Origin: a virus | DNA length: 64,000 nt | IMG/VR virus record: IMGVR_UViG_3300044615_000294 | Span: 1-64,000 of that record | Direction: 5' to 3' (one strand) | Shown here: positions 1 through 10,595 of the stretch, piece after piece | Position numbering within the stretch: the stretch's first letter is position 1 | Layout: each line of letters opens with the position of its first letter | Program-made: the position numbers and the translations under genes | The notes under the pieces: generated by a model | Database searches by the model: none | What the model was told of the DNA's origin: nothing | Seen by the model: the letters and a program-made list of their open reading frames with translations, nothing else

Positions 1-1105
1 TTTGTACAATAAGAGATCTTTTTGGATCTGGTCCTTGGAACTCAACCTTACCATTGAAGAAGTTATAGATTTCTCCACGGAATAAGTCAAGAGTAAAGTT
101 ATTTTTGTTGTATACTCTTTTGAACGCGTTGTTCAACTGTTGCCAAAGTCCAACAGATAATCTGATATCATCTGGACCATCTTGACGAACTTTACCTCCT
201 TGTCCCCACATTAAGTAAGTCTCAATGTCAGTAGCAATTTTGCTCAAGTGAGCTGCTTCCATATTGGTCAAGAAAGTTCTAGAAAGATCACCGTTATCAA
301 ATGCTTTTTTAACAGCGTCTTTACCCATAACTTTAACCATATCCTCTAAAGATGTGATTGATGGATCTAAAACATTTTTGTCAAATGTTCTCCAGATCTC
401 AGTTACAGGAACTGTACCATCTGCATTCATACCACCTTTGATCATTAAGTCTGCTCTTGAAGAGATAGAATAATGTACGTGAGCTTCTGCACCACCAACA
501 AAGTTATAGTATTCACGGAATCCTGCATTAGTCATGATGTCAGAGAATCTTTCACCATACTCACCTCTTGCAGAACCTTTTCTAAAGAATCTTGTACCAT
601 TAGCCAAGAATCTGTTATCAAGGAATCTATTGTTGTCATTGTTTACCAACTGAACAGTGTAAACATAACCATCACCTAAAGGAAGAATATCTTCATCTGT
701 AATGTACATCTCCACACCATTGTATTTGTCATAAGTGATGATATCACCATGTCCAAACTCTCTGCGGCTTAATTTAATTCTGAAGGTTGTACCATCAACA
801 CCTTTAAAAGTGTTAAGTGGTTCAATATCCTCAAGTACATATGGAAGATCTGTAGAGACAGGAGTCTGCCACTTATACTCTCCACGAGCATTATCAACCA
901 TAATTACATTTTTGCCACCAAAGCTAGAAAGCTGGTAAAGCGGCATTTCTACTTTTTGAGCCATAGCCCAAAGGTCAACTGGACCTAAATCCATAGGTTC
1001 AGCATCTTTTAACATATTCACTAAGTGATAAGAGTCTACATGCGATGACGCTTGGTAGGCTGTGTCTCTTAGGAATATCCCATTGTTTAAAATTGGAGTT
1101 GCCAT
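1..1105 (-). CDS. Major capsid protein, crAss-like (3' part runs off the window start)
   Basis: Not in the ORF track. Manual translation from ATG at 1105 gives MATPILNNGIFLRDTAYQASSHVDSYHL...GEYKWQTPV...ETYLMWGQGG...GLWQQL, open to position 1. It follows portal and scaffold in the usual crAss-like order. Confidence 0.85.
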   Translation of the reverse strand, partial: MATPILNNGIFLRDTAYQASSHVDSYHLVNMLKDAEPMDLGPVDLWAMAQKVEMPLYQLSSFGGKNVIMVDNARGEYKWQTPVSTDLPYVLEDIEPLNTFKGVDGTTFRIKLSRREFGHGDIITYDKYNGVEMYITDEDILPLGDGYVYTVQLVNNDNNRFLDNRFLANGTRFFRKGSARGEYGERFSDIMTNAGFREYYNFVGGAEAHVHYSISSRADLMIKGGMNADGTVPVTEIWRTFDKNVLDPSITSLEDMVKVMGKDAVKKAFDNGDLSRTFLTNMEAAHLSKIATDIETYLMWGQGGKVRQDGPDDIRLSVGLWQQLNNAFKRVYNKNNFTLDLFRGEIYNFFNGKVEFQGPDPKRSLIVQ

Positions 1106-1133
1106 TTTTATATTTGTTTTTATTGTTACTTAA

Positions 1134-2381
1134 TTATCCTCTCTTGAAGAAATTTCCTCTTGAGATTGTTCTTTGTGGTTTTGCGGAAGAAGCTGTTGTT
1201 CTTCTTGGAGCCTCATCAGGCTCAACAATAGATGAACTAATTCTTCTACCTTGTTCCGTTTTTAATTGTCTTACTGCTTTTTCAGTAGCTTGTCTTGATC
1301 CTTGGTCTTTCATTTTATTTTTATAACCGTCTGGATCAGCAAGTAACCATAGTGCTTCTGCAATAAGATCGTGCCTTGGTTCTACAAACTGATACTTTTC
1401 TAACAAGTGCCCAAGTAAGTTTGTAGGTTTACCTGAAATAGAAGGATAGCTAGGCTGAACTAATCCTGAGAATAACATACCTTGAACTTTTCTATCTAAC
1501 TTGATTCCTCCAAGTTCTCCAGTAGAAAGTGTGTTATACACATTATCTTGGTATTGTTTTGCTGCTTGAGCTTGCTGTTCTCTTTTAATTTCTTGATCAG
1601 CTAATTGACGTTCAATTATTTCCTCTTGCATTCTATCCAATTTTGGTTTGAACTGTTGAGCTTTTTTCTCCAGTCTCCCCATGTCCATCCAATCTTCAAT
1701 TTCTGATTCTATCTCATCAGCTGTACCAAAGTTTGTTGCATATAAATATTGTCTTGCAATAACTACTTGATCATTCTCATCATAAGGATCTAGATCTCTC
1801 ATCTCTTCTACATGAGCAAGAGTTCTAAACAATCCTTTAAGATCAGTACCACCATCTGCAACATACTTAGCAGCAATTTGAAGTTCTTCTGGTAATGCTT
1901 GAAAAAATTCTTTTGGTGTATTTTCTCTAACTGCATTTTCTCTTTCTTGGAAGTTTGCTTCAAATAGTTCACGGAAATCTTTTGTAGTATAATCTTCTAA
2001 TGGTTTATCATCATCAAAAGGTACTAAAGATCCTTCCTCAATCATTTTACTTGCAAGTTCAGCAAGACCTGATTTGTCAACCTTTGGTCTTCCTTTATTA
2101 CCAGCGTCTTCTTCTTGAGAAATTAAACTATCTAACTCAGCAATAGTTTCTTCTACTTCTTCTTTCTTTTCTGCTTCTTCTTTAGAAACAGTCTTGTCAA
2201 GGAACGTTGTATCTACACTTTCTTTTGAAAACATAGTTTTTGGCTTTTCTTCATCTGCTGGTAGCATTACACTTTCTGCTCCTGGCATGCCAAACATTTC
2301 ATCTATGTTTACATCTACTTGTTCTACTCTTGTAGAGTCTTGTACTTGATCTTTATCAAGCACTTTGTCTAATTCATCCAT
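1134..2381 (-). CDS. Acidic coiled-coil protein between portal and capsid; putative scaffolding protein
   Basis: 415 aa, very D/E-rich N-terminus, position between portal and MCP. Confidence 0.6.
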   Translation of the reverse strand: MDELDKVLDKDQVQDSTRVEQVDVNIDEMFGMPGAESVMLPADEEKPKTMFSKESVDTTFLDKTVSKEEAEKKEEVEETIAELDSLISQEEDAGNKGRPKVDKSGLAELASKMIEEGSLVPFDDDKPLEDYTTKDFRELFEANFQERENAVRENTPKEFFQALPEELQIAAKYVADGGTDLKGLFRTLAHVEEMRDLDPYDENDQVVIARQYLYATNFGTADEIESEIEDWMDMGRLEKKAQQFKPKLDRMQEEIIERQLADQEIKREQQAQAAKQYQDNVYNTLSTGELGGIKLDRKVQGMLFSGLVQPSYPSISGKPTNLLGHLLEKYQFVEPRHDLIAEALWLLADPDGYKNKMKDQGSRQATEKAVRQLKTEQGRRISSSIVEPDEAPRRTTASSAKPQRTISRGNFFKRG

Positions 2382-2471
2382 ATTTGTTGGTTTTGTTTAT
2401 AATTTAATATAAGCAATAAACTTCAAAAATTTATCACCTCAAAATTATTTTTTTGCACTATATAGCTAATA

Positions 2472-5222
2472 TTATTTTTTATCTTTTGTTGATCCACCTT
2501 TGTCATATTTATTTTTATTGACTTGGGCAATTTGCAACTGTTTATCTGCTACTTCTCTTTGTGCATTTAGCTTCTCTCTTTCCAAATTCATCTTCTCTCT
2601 GTCAATAGTCATTCTATTGTCATCTTTAGTTTTTTGAAGTTCAGTCTGTGACTGATATTGTTGAGTAGCTCTAATGTCTTTCATAGCATCTGCATAGTCT
2701 GACATCTCATTTTTATTTACGTCAGCCATAGATCCATAACCAGCAGCTCTGATTTCTGCAACCAAGATATCTCTTTGTCTATCTTTTTCTTTCTCAGCAG
2801 CAACAGAATCAATTTTCATTTTCTCTATTTCCTGTTGAGATTTAATTTGTTCTTGTTGCATTTGCTGTTGCTGTTGCATTTCTTGTTCTTTCATCTCTTG
2901 TTGTTTTTGTTCAGAAGATTTAAGAACAGTATTAAGTTGTGCAATAGAGTCAGATTGAACAATTTTACCAAGATCATAGATAGAAGCCCCAGTAGTATTG
3001 TTCTGCATAGCCATTTGCTTAAGTTGTTCTAATACAGCTCTATGGTTTGCAGTAGTACTACAGAAGATATTAAGATCTCTCATTAATAGATCTGTACCAT
3101 TAATCTCAAAATTAACTTTCTCATCTGCTGTGGTTATATAAGTTAATCTTGTAGATGGTTTAGTTGAATGATAATATTGTGCTAGGTCAGTACGCATTTG
3201 GTGTACTCTAGGCATTAGATAATCACAGTGTTGGATAAAGAATACCTCTGTCTGTGCATAAGATGCTGCAGCTGCTTGTTCTACACCTGTAGCTGTCATC
3301 TGCGCTATCTGTTGACCCATTCTTTGTGGAGTAACACCAATTACTTCATATGCTTGTTGCTTAAAATGATTAGCTAACTGAATCCTAGACATTAATCTTT
3401 CTGTCTGAGATAGATCTAGTTTTTGGAAATGCTGGAAGTTTAATGCATTCTCTGTATTTGTAATAGATGTATCTAATGGTAACATCTGGAAGTTCTTCAT
3501 TGCAACATATGCCTTAGCATAGTTTCCTTTACCCCAGTCTTCACCAAGTGAATGTTTAGGTAAAGTATTCTGATCTAACATGATGATAGTACCAAGCTCA
3601 TCTACAAGGATATCAGCAATCTGATTGTTTACAATGTTGTATCCAATCTGATATGGCTTCATTAGATCAAGTAAAGCTGTAGATCTAGTATTTCTATCAG
3701 AGAATACAGAACCCTCTACAGGAAGCTTACATCCGTACAATGTGCTATCTCCTTTAAACTGGAAAGGAATTGGTCCAAGTTTGCTTTTATTTATTCCTAT
3801 GTACATTGGTGTAAATCCACCAGGATTATTCATACCCCAGAAACTAGGAATATTTGGTCCAATTTTAATTCCTCCCCAAACCTCATTAATCCAAATCCAG
3901 TCTATGTGTTCTCCATAGATTAGATTGTCTTTAGTTTTATTTTTGTTTAGTCTAGTATCATAGATTGGTTTAATAGTAGTTTCATAGTCTTCATCAACTA
4001 TATCCATCTTTACTTCACCATTATCATCTATAGAAATTAGATGCCCAACTTTTCTTTGTGATTTCCAATATATTGTAGTTACTCTTAATAAGTATGCAAT
4101 ACCTTGATCATAATAATCTTCTCCTTCAGAAAGTATTTGTGCAATAATATCTCCTCCACTATATACTGAGTTTGACATTGCAGTAGTATACTGTCTATAT
4201 GCTAATGAAGGCATGTTAACATTCCAGTCATGAGATTTAGTTCCATCATAGAATGTTCCATCATTCTGGTAACCACCAATTGTATAACCAGCAGATCTAA
4301 TTGGATATATAGCCTCTAGTGCTTTTAATTGCTCTTCATTAAGCAAGTAACCATATTTGTCAATAACATCTGATGGTGTCATCATATCTGTTTTACCAAC
4401 CCAGTTAGCTTGTGAGATATATCTTACATCAGGAGATTTGTGATAGAAAGTAACTACTGGATTCCAAAGTTCTACCTCATAGTCATCTTCCATCATTCTA
4501 AAATGCCAGAACTCTCTATCTGTAATAAGCATATCACGGAAAGCTCTTTCTTCTAGCTCATCCATTCTAAATCTTTCTACATCTACTTTGTGTTGGTGAG
4601 TAGCCCACTCTTCTATCATAGATCTGTAATCTTTCTTAAAGAACATTTCTATTTCAGGAAGAGACTTTAATTTTTCATCAGATGTTCCTTGTGTAAATTC
4701 TTCAGATGCCGGATCTAATCCTTGGTCCATTAATGCAGATGCTGTTTTTAATCTTGCATCTTCTAATAGAGTATCCTCTACCATCTTTCTCTTTTGCTCT
4801 AGCATCTCATTATATGAGAACTCATCTACAGCACGGTAAGTTAACTTAGTTGATCTTTTAGCAAATTCAGCTACTAAGACATTAATAACATTTGGAATAA
4901 TTGGATAGAACTTTAACTCTAATGCAGAAGCATCTTCCTTTGTAAGTAATTCTACTATATCTCTATACTCATTATTATCTTCTACAATATAATCTGATCT
5001 ATCTATGATACCTTTTGCAAGCTTATAGTTTTTCATTAGTCTTCTGGCATTTCTGCGGATTTGTTTTAATCCTTGCCATTCAACCCAGTCAAGATTCCAA
5101 GCAGCCCACTTTTCATCTTTTTCTTTTTTAGGTAAAAATTGTAAAGGTTGGGTAATAGTACCCATCCTATTGTTTTCAACTTTTGCTCCTTTCTTTAACT
5201 GTAATGCGTTATATACTTGCAT
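2472..5222 (-). CDS. Portal protein
   Basis: 916 aa directly after the terminase; YPIIPNVINVLVAEF segment and Q-rich coiled-coil C-terminus typical of crAss-like portals. Confidence 0.85.
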   Translation of the reverse strand: MQVYNALQLKKGAKVENNRMGTITQPLQFLPKKEKDEKWAAWNLDWVEWQGLKQIRRNARRLMKNYKLAKGIIDRSDYIVEDNNEYRDIVELLTKEDASALELKFYPIIPNVINVLVAEFAKRSTKLTYRAVDEFSYNEMLEQKRKMVEDTLLEDARLKTASALMDQGLDPASEEFTQGTSDEKLKSLPEIEMFFKKDYRSMIEEWATHQHKVDVERFRMDELEERAFRDMLITDREFWHFRMMEDDYEVELWNPVVTFYHKSPDVRYISQANWVGKTDMMTPSDVIDKYGYLLNEEQLKALEAIYPIRSAGYTIGGYQNDGTFYDGTKSHDWNVNMPSLAYRQYTTAMSNSVYSGGDIIAQILSEGEDYYDQGIAYLLRVTTIYWKSQRKVGHLISIDDNGEVKMDIVDEDYETTIKPIYDTRLNKNKTKDNLIYGEHIDWIWINEVWGGIKIGPNIPSFWGMNNPGGFTPMYIGINKSKLGPIPFQFKGDSTLYGCKLPVEGSVFSDRNTRSTALLDLMKPYQIGYNIVNNQIADILVDELGTIIMLDQNTLPKHSLGEDWGKGNYAKAYVAMKNFQMLPLDTSITNTENALNFQHFQKLDLSQTERLMSRIQLANHFKQQAYEVIGVTPQRMGQQIAQMTATGVEQAAAASYAQTEVFFIQHCDYLMPRVHQMRTDLAQYYHSTKPSTRLTYITTADEKVNFEINGTDLLMRDLNIFCSTTANHRAVLEQLKQMAMQNNTTGASIYDLGKIVQSDSIAQLNTVLKSSEQKQQEMKEQEMQQQQQMQQEQIKSQQEIEKMKIDSVAAEKEKDRQRDILVAEIRAAGYGSMADVNKNEMSDYADAMKDIRATQQYQSQTELQKTKDDNRMTIDREKMNLEREKLNAQREVADKQLQIAQVNKNKYDKGGSTKDKK

Positions 5223-5224
5223 AG

Positions 5225-7426
5225 TTATTTTATATTTTTAAATGGGGATTTTTTAAACACTGACCCATTTGTTAATCCACGGTTGCTGCCCATATGCCTA
5301 AATGGACTACTATTTAATTTAAACATTTTTTCTGACTTTTGCAAGTTTTTAGCAGTATCATCCATAATGACTTTTCTTGCATATCCTCTATTAGACTGCT
5401 GTATTCTCATGAAAGCAACTAATGCAGTAAATGCAACAAGTCTATCCACGTTGAGTCCTTCTACATATTCTTGCATCTCTTTGATTAACATTGGATCTGG
5501 AATTCTTTCTATTCCATATTTAGTTCTTACAATTGTTCCATCAGGTTTTGTTTCTACATCTAGTTCTTCTTTACAATACTCAATAACATAACTAAGCATG
5601 TGAGACTTGAATAAGTTACCAGTGTTTCTCCAACCATACTCCTGGTACACGTTAGTATTTGCACCAAGATCTTTAAGAAACATGATCTGTCCTTTTGGTA
5701 CAAGATATCTTTGCTTCTTTCTAGATATCATATACTGTATAAACAAAGACACGTTACTTTCTATAAGTGCCCATGCATTATACCATTCTATTATTAGTTC
5801 TAATCTCTGATGAGTTTTATTAATATCATCAAATCTACCACACCATGCGGCTACTATTCTATCTTGTTCAATGTAAGTTTCTGTTTCTACGCCAGTTACC
5901 TTCTGTACTTGAACAGGAGCTTTCATTATATATATTGAACATAGTGATTCTGAGGTAGTTGTTTTTCCTTCTGACACGGGGTCAATAGATGCATAATAGT
6001 CCCCAAATTGTATATCTTTAATTGGCCTTTCCCAAACAACTAATGTTCCTGTTTTATCTTCTAGTTTTTTAGATACAGGGAACTCCATAATTGGGAGTTT
6101 ATTTGTTTCCTTTACTGCAGGTTTGCCATTCTCATCATAGAATATATCTAAGAATTCATAGGCATATTCTTTCTCTTCTATTCTTCTTCTTTGTGCCGCT
6201 ACTAGATGTGGAGGAAATATAGATACTGATCTATGTGCAAATGCTTCCTCAATATTTCTAGGGTGCTGAGATATCCTTAACTGGTAATCTTCCGGAGATA
6301 ATTCTTTCTTCCATTTTTCAAATTGCTCTTCTAGGGCAATCAAAGCTTCTTCTACTTGTGAATTACCATATTGATCTATATGTGGTGGCATAGACCATTG
6401 CTCAGGAATAAACAAACCTGAGAGACCTTCTGTTCCTTTACTATCTATTAAATTAGTTTCTACAGCATAAATATCTTTTGAAGTAGGATTTAGGATCATA
6501 TCTTTGAGAGGATTACACTGAGATAAATCCCCCACTGAGCCCGCAGCTATAAACATACCTGTAGTAATTAAACCAGATCTCATTGCTGGTCTCATATACT
6601 CATATGTCTGATCCATCTTAGGAGCAATACCTGCCTCCTCATGGAAGAAGAACTTTACTGGACCCCCTACACCATTTGTAGGATCTTTCTCAAATGACAT
6701 ACCTTGCATAGTACCTTTGAGACCAACCTCATTCTTTCTATCTCCTTTTCTAACTTCTATCTTCTGTTGCCACATCATTACCTTATGTGGAGTCATTGGT
6801 CTATACCAAGCAGTATGCTCATTTAAGAATGCAGCATATTCATCCAAGAATTTCCAAGAGCCTTTCTCATTTATATAGTCTTTAAGACTTGCTCCTATCT
6901 TTAATGTGACCCCAGACTCAAACCAAATCTGGTTTAAAAGCTTAGCCATATGAAAGTAAGAGGAAGCTATCTGACGTTTCTTAAGAATAGCTACATGCTT
7001 GTAGTTGAGTTCTGCCAATAGTTCATAGAGGGCCATGTGATACTGTGCATCCCGTATTTTGGCAAAGTCAAAAATTTGCTGTTCTTTATCAAATATTGGT
7101 AGGAAGTTAAGCCACATGTAGTAGTCTCTAGTAAGGTACCATATGTTGTCTCCTGATTTATAGATAACTCCTCTCCTACATCTGAGTTTTTGTTCATCCC
7201 AGTAATTGATAAAATCTTTGGATTTAAATGGAGAGTCGCAGTAATACCCATTTTCTCTGAACTTTCTTGATTCAGAATTAAATAATAAGCTAGTTTCATC
7301 AAAGTTATATTTACCTGGTTCTTTAAATAAGTCTCTTAAAAACTTGGCAAACTCTTCTCTTGAAGAAAAGTCTGTAACAGTCCAAGTACCATTATCATAG
7401 GTTGGTATGTTTTCAAATATCTCCAT
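5225..7426 (-). CDS. terL: Terminase large subunit
   Basis: Walker A-like LKKRQIASS, Walker B FFFHEEAG, RNase H-like YYASIDPVSEG nuclease domain, C-terminal NVDRLVAF. Confidence 0.9.
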   Translation of the reverse strand: MEIFENIPTYDNGTWTVTDFSSREEFAKFLRDLFKEPGKYNFDETSLLFNSESRKFRENGYYCDSPFKSKDFINYWDEQKLRCRRGVIYKSGDNIWYLTRDYYMWLNFLPIFDKEQQIFDFAKIRDAQYHMALYELLAELNYKHVAILKKRQIASSYFHMAKLLNQIWFESGVTLKIGASLKDYINEKGSWKFLDEYAAFLNEHTAWYRPMTPHKVMMWQQKIEVRKGDRKNEVGLKGTMQGMSFEKDPTNGVGGPVKFFFHEEAGIAPKMDQTYEYMRPAMRSGLITTGMFIAAGSVGDLSQCNPLKDMILNPTSKDIYAVETNLIDSKGTEGLSGLFIPEQWSMPPHIDQYGNSQVEEALIALEEQFEKWKKELSPEDYQLRISQHPRNIEEAFAHRSVSIFPPHLVAAQRRRIEEKEYAYEFLDIFYDENGKPAVKETNKLPIMEFPVSKKLEDKTGTLVVWERPIKDIQFGDYYASIDPVSEGKTTTSESLCSIYIMKAPVQVQKVTGVETETYIEQDRIVAAWCGRFDDINKTHQRLELIIEWYNAWALIESNVSLFIQYMISRKKQRYLVPKGQIMFLKDLGANTNVYQEYGWRNTGNLFKSHMLSYVIEYCKEELDVETKPDGTIVRTKYGIERIPDPMLIKEMQEYVEGLNVDRLVAFTALVAFMRIQQSNRGYARKVIMDDTAKNLQKSEKMFKLNSSPFRHMGSNRGLTNGSVFKKSPFKNIK

Positions 7427-7941
7427 TACTGATCATATGCCATTCCTATTCCACCTCTTACTCTACTAGATTGTTCTTCCTGTAGATCTTTATATGCACC
7501 TTTAAAAGATGCTCTAATTGCTTCATAGTTTTTAGCAGCATTTACTAAAGCTGTAATATTACCATCTCGCCCGTGTGTGATAGGTGTAGTTTCCATGTAT
7601 CTACCTAATCTATCTAACATAGATGCAATTCCTTTATATGCTCTAGATGTAGGAGTTTCAAACATTCTCTGGCAAAACTGCAAGGCTATGTATATATCTT
7701 CATCTTCAGTAGAGAAGTCTGCTTCTATTTGATCTAGAATTAAAGACTCTTTATCTAAATCCGGAGTATAAAAGAATGGGTTTAGATCTGGATTAGGACA
7801 AGTCATATAGAATAAGTACTGATATATCTTGATATAATTATCAGGATAGTTATCCATAACCATCTTAAGAGCCTTTAGGGTATAGCAATGTTCTGTAGGA
7901 ATTACTTTACCATTCTGTATGTCAAATAGTTTTACTATCAT
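7426..7941 (-). CDS. Hypothetical protein upstream of terL (possible small terminase)
   Basis: 171 aa helical protein translationally coupled to terL; function from position only. Confidence 0.45.
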   Translation of the reverse strand: MIVKLFDIQNGKVIPTEHCYTLKALKMVMDNYPDNYIKIYQYLFYMTCPNPDLNPFFYTPDLDKESLILDQIEADFSTEDEDIYIALQFCQRMFETPTSRAYKGIASMLDRLGRYMETTPITHGRDGNITALVNAAKNYEAIRASFKGAYKDLQEEQSSRVRGGIGMAYDQ

Positions 7942-8771
7942 TTCTTTTTAATTTTATCTCTGTTATCATGTAAGTAGTGCATAATAGCAATTACCTCATC
8001 TTTTAAATATGGTATTTCCATTTGTACTACATCCTTAACTATTGGATCTCCGTTATCATCATAACTAGTTAAAGGATATCCATATTTATCTACACCATCT
8101 GTTTCAAATACTATATGATGGATAAACATTTTCCCTGGTTGTAATTTAGGATTATGCTTTAGTATCATGTACATATAGATGCTTAACTGCAGACTGTAGT
8201 GATTAAAATTACAATCATCTAAACTAGATACAGGAGAGAGCATTTTTTCAGATACTCCCTCCCAATCTTTGTAAGATTCAGTCTTAATCTCTTTATTAGT
8301 TTTATAGTCAATAATGTTTACTTTACCATTAACTACTTCTACGAGATCTGACTGACCACAGATGCCTGCTGATTTAAGATAAACCATATGCTCTGGATAC
8401 ACGCCTGGTTCTAGTTTTTGTGAAGGTGCCAACTTAATACCGTCATTTAAATCTGTTGGTTTAAACACAGGTACAGTTACACCTTCTCTTTCTATTGAAG
8501 CTAAAGAACATAAGTCAGCTTCTCTTTGGTTGTGATAAAAGGTACCAAGAGACATTGCTCTTTCTGATTCAGCATTCCAAATAGATACTATCTCCTTTGG
8601 GGTATAGCCATACCATTTAGATCTTTTATTCTTACAAACCTTCTTTGCTACTTTCTCAGCATCAAAGGGTATCTTAAAATGTGATACCAAAGTTGTTACA
8701 CTTATCCAATTAATCTCTGAGCCGTCATTGCTTTTATAGCTATGATCCTTGGCATTAAATACTATACTCAT
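7938..8771 (-). CDS. PD-(D/E)XK (Cas4/RecB-like) nuclease
   Basis: SVTTLV, GTFYHNQRE, GQSDLV...IIDYKTNK, YSLQLSIY motifs. Confidence 0.8.
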   Translation of the reverse strand: MSIVFNAKDHSYKSNDGSEINWISVTTLVSHFKIPFDAEKVAKKVCKNKRSKWYGYTPKEIVSIWNAESERAMSLGTFYHNQREADLCSLASIEREGVTVPVFKPTDLNDGIKLAPSQKLEPGVYPEHMVYLKSAGICGQSDLVEVVNGKVNIIDYKTNKEIKTESYKDWEGVSEKMLSPVSSLDDCNFNHYSLQLSIYMYMILKHNPKLQPGKMFIHHIVFETDGVDKYGYPLTSYDDNGDPIVKDVVQMEIPYLKDEVIAIMHYLHDNRDKIKKK

Positions 8772-9061
8772 AGCTTATCTAATTCTTCTTCTTGTTCTTC
8801 AGTAATTAAAGCATCCCATTTACCCAATGGACATGATGCAGATAGAGATCTAGTTTTAAAAGCAAGAGAACAACCACATTCATTACAGCATGGAGCTGTA
8901 CCTTTTACTGCACACTTCTTACCTTTTTCTGGACACTCATCACAAATATCATATCTGAGTCTAGAAATTTCTTCTACAGTCTCATCTCTAATAACTGAGT
9001 TTTTAATTCCTTCAAATATTTGAGATCTATTTTGCCAAATAAGATTAAGTACGTTTTTCAT
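8768..9061 (-). CDS. Small Cys-rich zinc-binding protein
   Basis: CDEC, CCNECGC and CPLGKW motifs. Confidence 0.6.
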   Translation of the reverse strand: MKNVLNLIWQNRSQIFEGIKNSVIRDETVEEISRLRYDICDECPEKGKKCAVKGTAPCCNECGCSLAFKTRSLSASCPLGKWDALITEEQEEELDKL

Positions 9062-9419
9062 CTTTTTTAATTTTTAAAAATTCTTGTTTTTTACTTTCCT
9101 GGTCTAATATCTTTGAATGTAACTTTATTAATAGATCTAACTTAACTTCCATTGCTTTTTTATTATGGTAAGCTTTAAATGTAGAAGTGTCATGATCATC
9201 AAGAGATTTTGTAATTTTCTCAATAGAACCTGATACTGCTTTTGGTTTTGCAACAAACTGTCCTAAACCATCTACATTTATTCTTGGGTATTCTAAGTTA
9301 GTAAGTAACTTTCTTACATCCTTATAATAAAACTCTACTAAGTCTTCTACTAAATCTTTATTTAAATTTAAATCTTCCGCAACTGCTTCATAGATTTTTT
9401 TAACCTTCTTGGGATTCAT
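9045..9419 (-). CDS. IHF/HU-like DNA-binding protein
   Basis: Helix pair followed by RINVDGLGQF, matching the HU/IHF 'I.i.gfG.F' strand; IHF homologues are typical in crAss-like capsid modules. Confidence 0.6.
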   Translation of the reverse strand: MNPKKVKKIYEAVAEDLNLNKDLVEDLVEFYYKDVRKLLTNLEYPRINVDGLGQFVAKPKAVSGSIEKITKSLDDHDTSTFKAYHNKKAMEVKLDLLIKLHSKILDQESKKQEFLKIKKDEKRT

Positions 9420-9777
9420 CTCCTAAAAATTTATAATCTAAAAGTATTGTTCCTTCTGTTTGTATCTTTAAATTGGGATTTAGTTTAATTAACTTTTTGT
9501 TAGATGCATCTTTTATCACTAAACTATTTTTCTCAGCTTTATTAACACTGTTTCTTACAGTCTGTGGAGATTTAAAGATTGGCTCTTCTTCTGAAGATGC
9601 ATCATAACAAAAGTCTGTTAATTCTATTGGTTCATTAAAACTTAGTAAAGTCAAGCAATTAAGATCAGAATCACTAAGATTAATTCTCTTAATGTAGCAG
9701 TGAGTGAGGATCTGAAACTTCACAATATCCCACTTAGGCATTTTTACACGCTTCTGTACTTGATTTACTATAGCCAT
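9400..9777 (-). CDS. Hypothetical protein (possible winged helix)
   Basis: ORF in operon; FKSPQTVRNSVNKAEKNSLV resembles a wHTH recognition helix. Confidence 0.5.
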   Translation of the reverse strand: MAIVNQVQKRVKMPKWDIVKFQILTHCYIKRINLSDSDLNCLTLLSFNEPIELTDFCYDASSEEEPIFKSPQTVRNSVNKAEKNSLVIKDASNKKLIKLNPNLKIQTEGTILLDYKFLGDESQEG

Positions 9778-9779
9778 GA

Positions 9780-10064
9780 CTAACCTCTTTTAAGCTTTCT
9801 TCCCTCAGATTTTACTGGTTCAGAAGCATCCTCTTGATCATCATCTTCTTCATTCTGTGGAGGATTCATCATCATAGCAAATTGATATTGAATACTTGAT
9901 CTTTTAAATCTTGTTTCATCAATTTCTAAAAGCATTTTTTCATAATCCAATTGAGATTTTAAATATGGCATTGACTCTTTGTAGAACTCAAACATTTTTT
10001 CTTTTTGTTCTGCTAATTGTTCTGGGGTCATTTCCATTTCTGGTTGTTGGTTTTTTGTTTCCAT
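9780..10064 (-). CDS. Hypothetical coiled-coil protein
   Basis: ORF preceded by a TATATTTG element at 10091-10098. Confidence 0.6.
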   Translation of the reverse strand: METKNQQPEMEMTPEQLAEQKEKMFEFYKESMPYLKSQLDYEKMLLEIDETRFKRSSIQYQFAMMMNPPQNEEDDDQEDASEPVKSEGRKLKRG

Positions 10065-10136
10065 AAGACATTAATTTATATTAGTTTACACAAATATATA
10101 TAAAATAAGTTTAAATAAAACAAGTTTAAATAAAAA

Positions 10137-10161
10137 ATCCAGGCATACTATATACCTGGAT
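10137..10161 (-). terminator. Intrinsic terminator
   Basis: ATCCAGG-N11-CCTGGAT stem followed on the minus strand by a T-run. Confidence 0.55.
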
Positions 10162-10184
10162 CACTTTACTTAGAGAAGAGTAAT

Positions 10185-10433
10185 TTATTTTTTCTTTTTT
10201 GCTACTGAACCACCTTTGGCCATATTTGACATCCAAGTTCTACCAGGAGCTGGTCCTGTTCTAGATCTTGTAGTTTTTCCTCTTAAGGTTCTAGTCTTAC
10301 CACATTTTGGTCTTCCAGGTCCACAACTTTCTTCTGTTGCCATTCCTAGTTCAGCTTTTTTAAGTTTTTTAATTGGTCCACCACTCATGTATTTGGAAGA
10401 CATAGATGTTGCTTTTGAGTTTGTTTTTTTCAT
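10185..10433 (-). CDS. Small basic K/R/G-rich protein (possible DNA-condensing or internal protein)
   Basis: 82 aa, highly basic, MxxGG repeats. Confidence 0.5.
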   Translation of the reverse strand: MKKTNSKATSMSSKYMSGGPIKKLKKAELGMATEESCGPGRPKCGKTRTLRGKTTRSRTGPAPGRTWMSNMAKGGSVAKKKK

Positions 10434-10435
10434 GA

Positions 10436-10594
10436 TTATCTGTTTTTTATAGTTAAGTTTAATATTGTAAGTAGATAAAAGTTTCTTGAGATGTCCATTT
10501 CAAATGTAAATATGTCTAATGATGATAATCTTATTCTAATCATTATTTTATCCCATTGCTTAGCGGACGATTTCCAAGAGTTTCTAAATTTCAT
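10436..10594 (-). CDS. Small hypothetical protein (52 aa)
   Basis: Manual translation MKFRNSWKSSAKQWDKIMIRIRLSSLDIF...; fills the gap after the amidase. Confidence 0.55.
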   Translation of the reverse strand: MKFRNSWKSSAKQWDKIMIRIRLSSLDIFTFEMDISRNFYLLTILNLTIKNR

Positions 10595-10595
10595 A

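Noticed and set aside
264-1326. Plus-strand ORFs at the window start and other short antisense ORFs in the track
   Set aside because: Shadows of the capsid gene and other long genes on the opposite strand
7938-8771. cas4 as part of a CRISPR-Cas system
   Set aside because: Stand-alone PD-(D/E)XK nuclease in the packaging module; no other cas genes or array
10107-10135. Tandem AAGTTTAAATAAAA repeat
   Set aside because: Only two AT-only copies next to a terminator; no function can be supported
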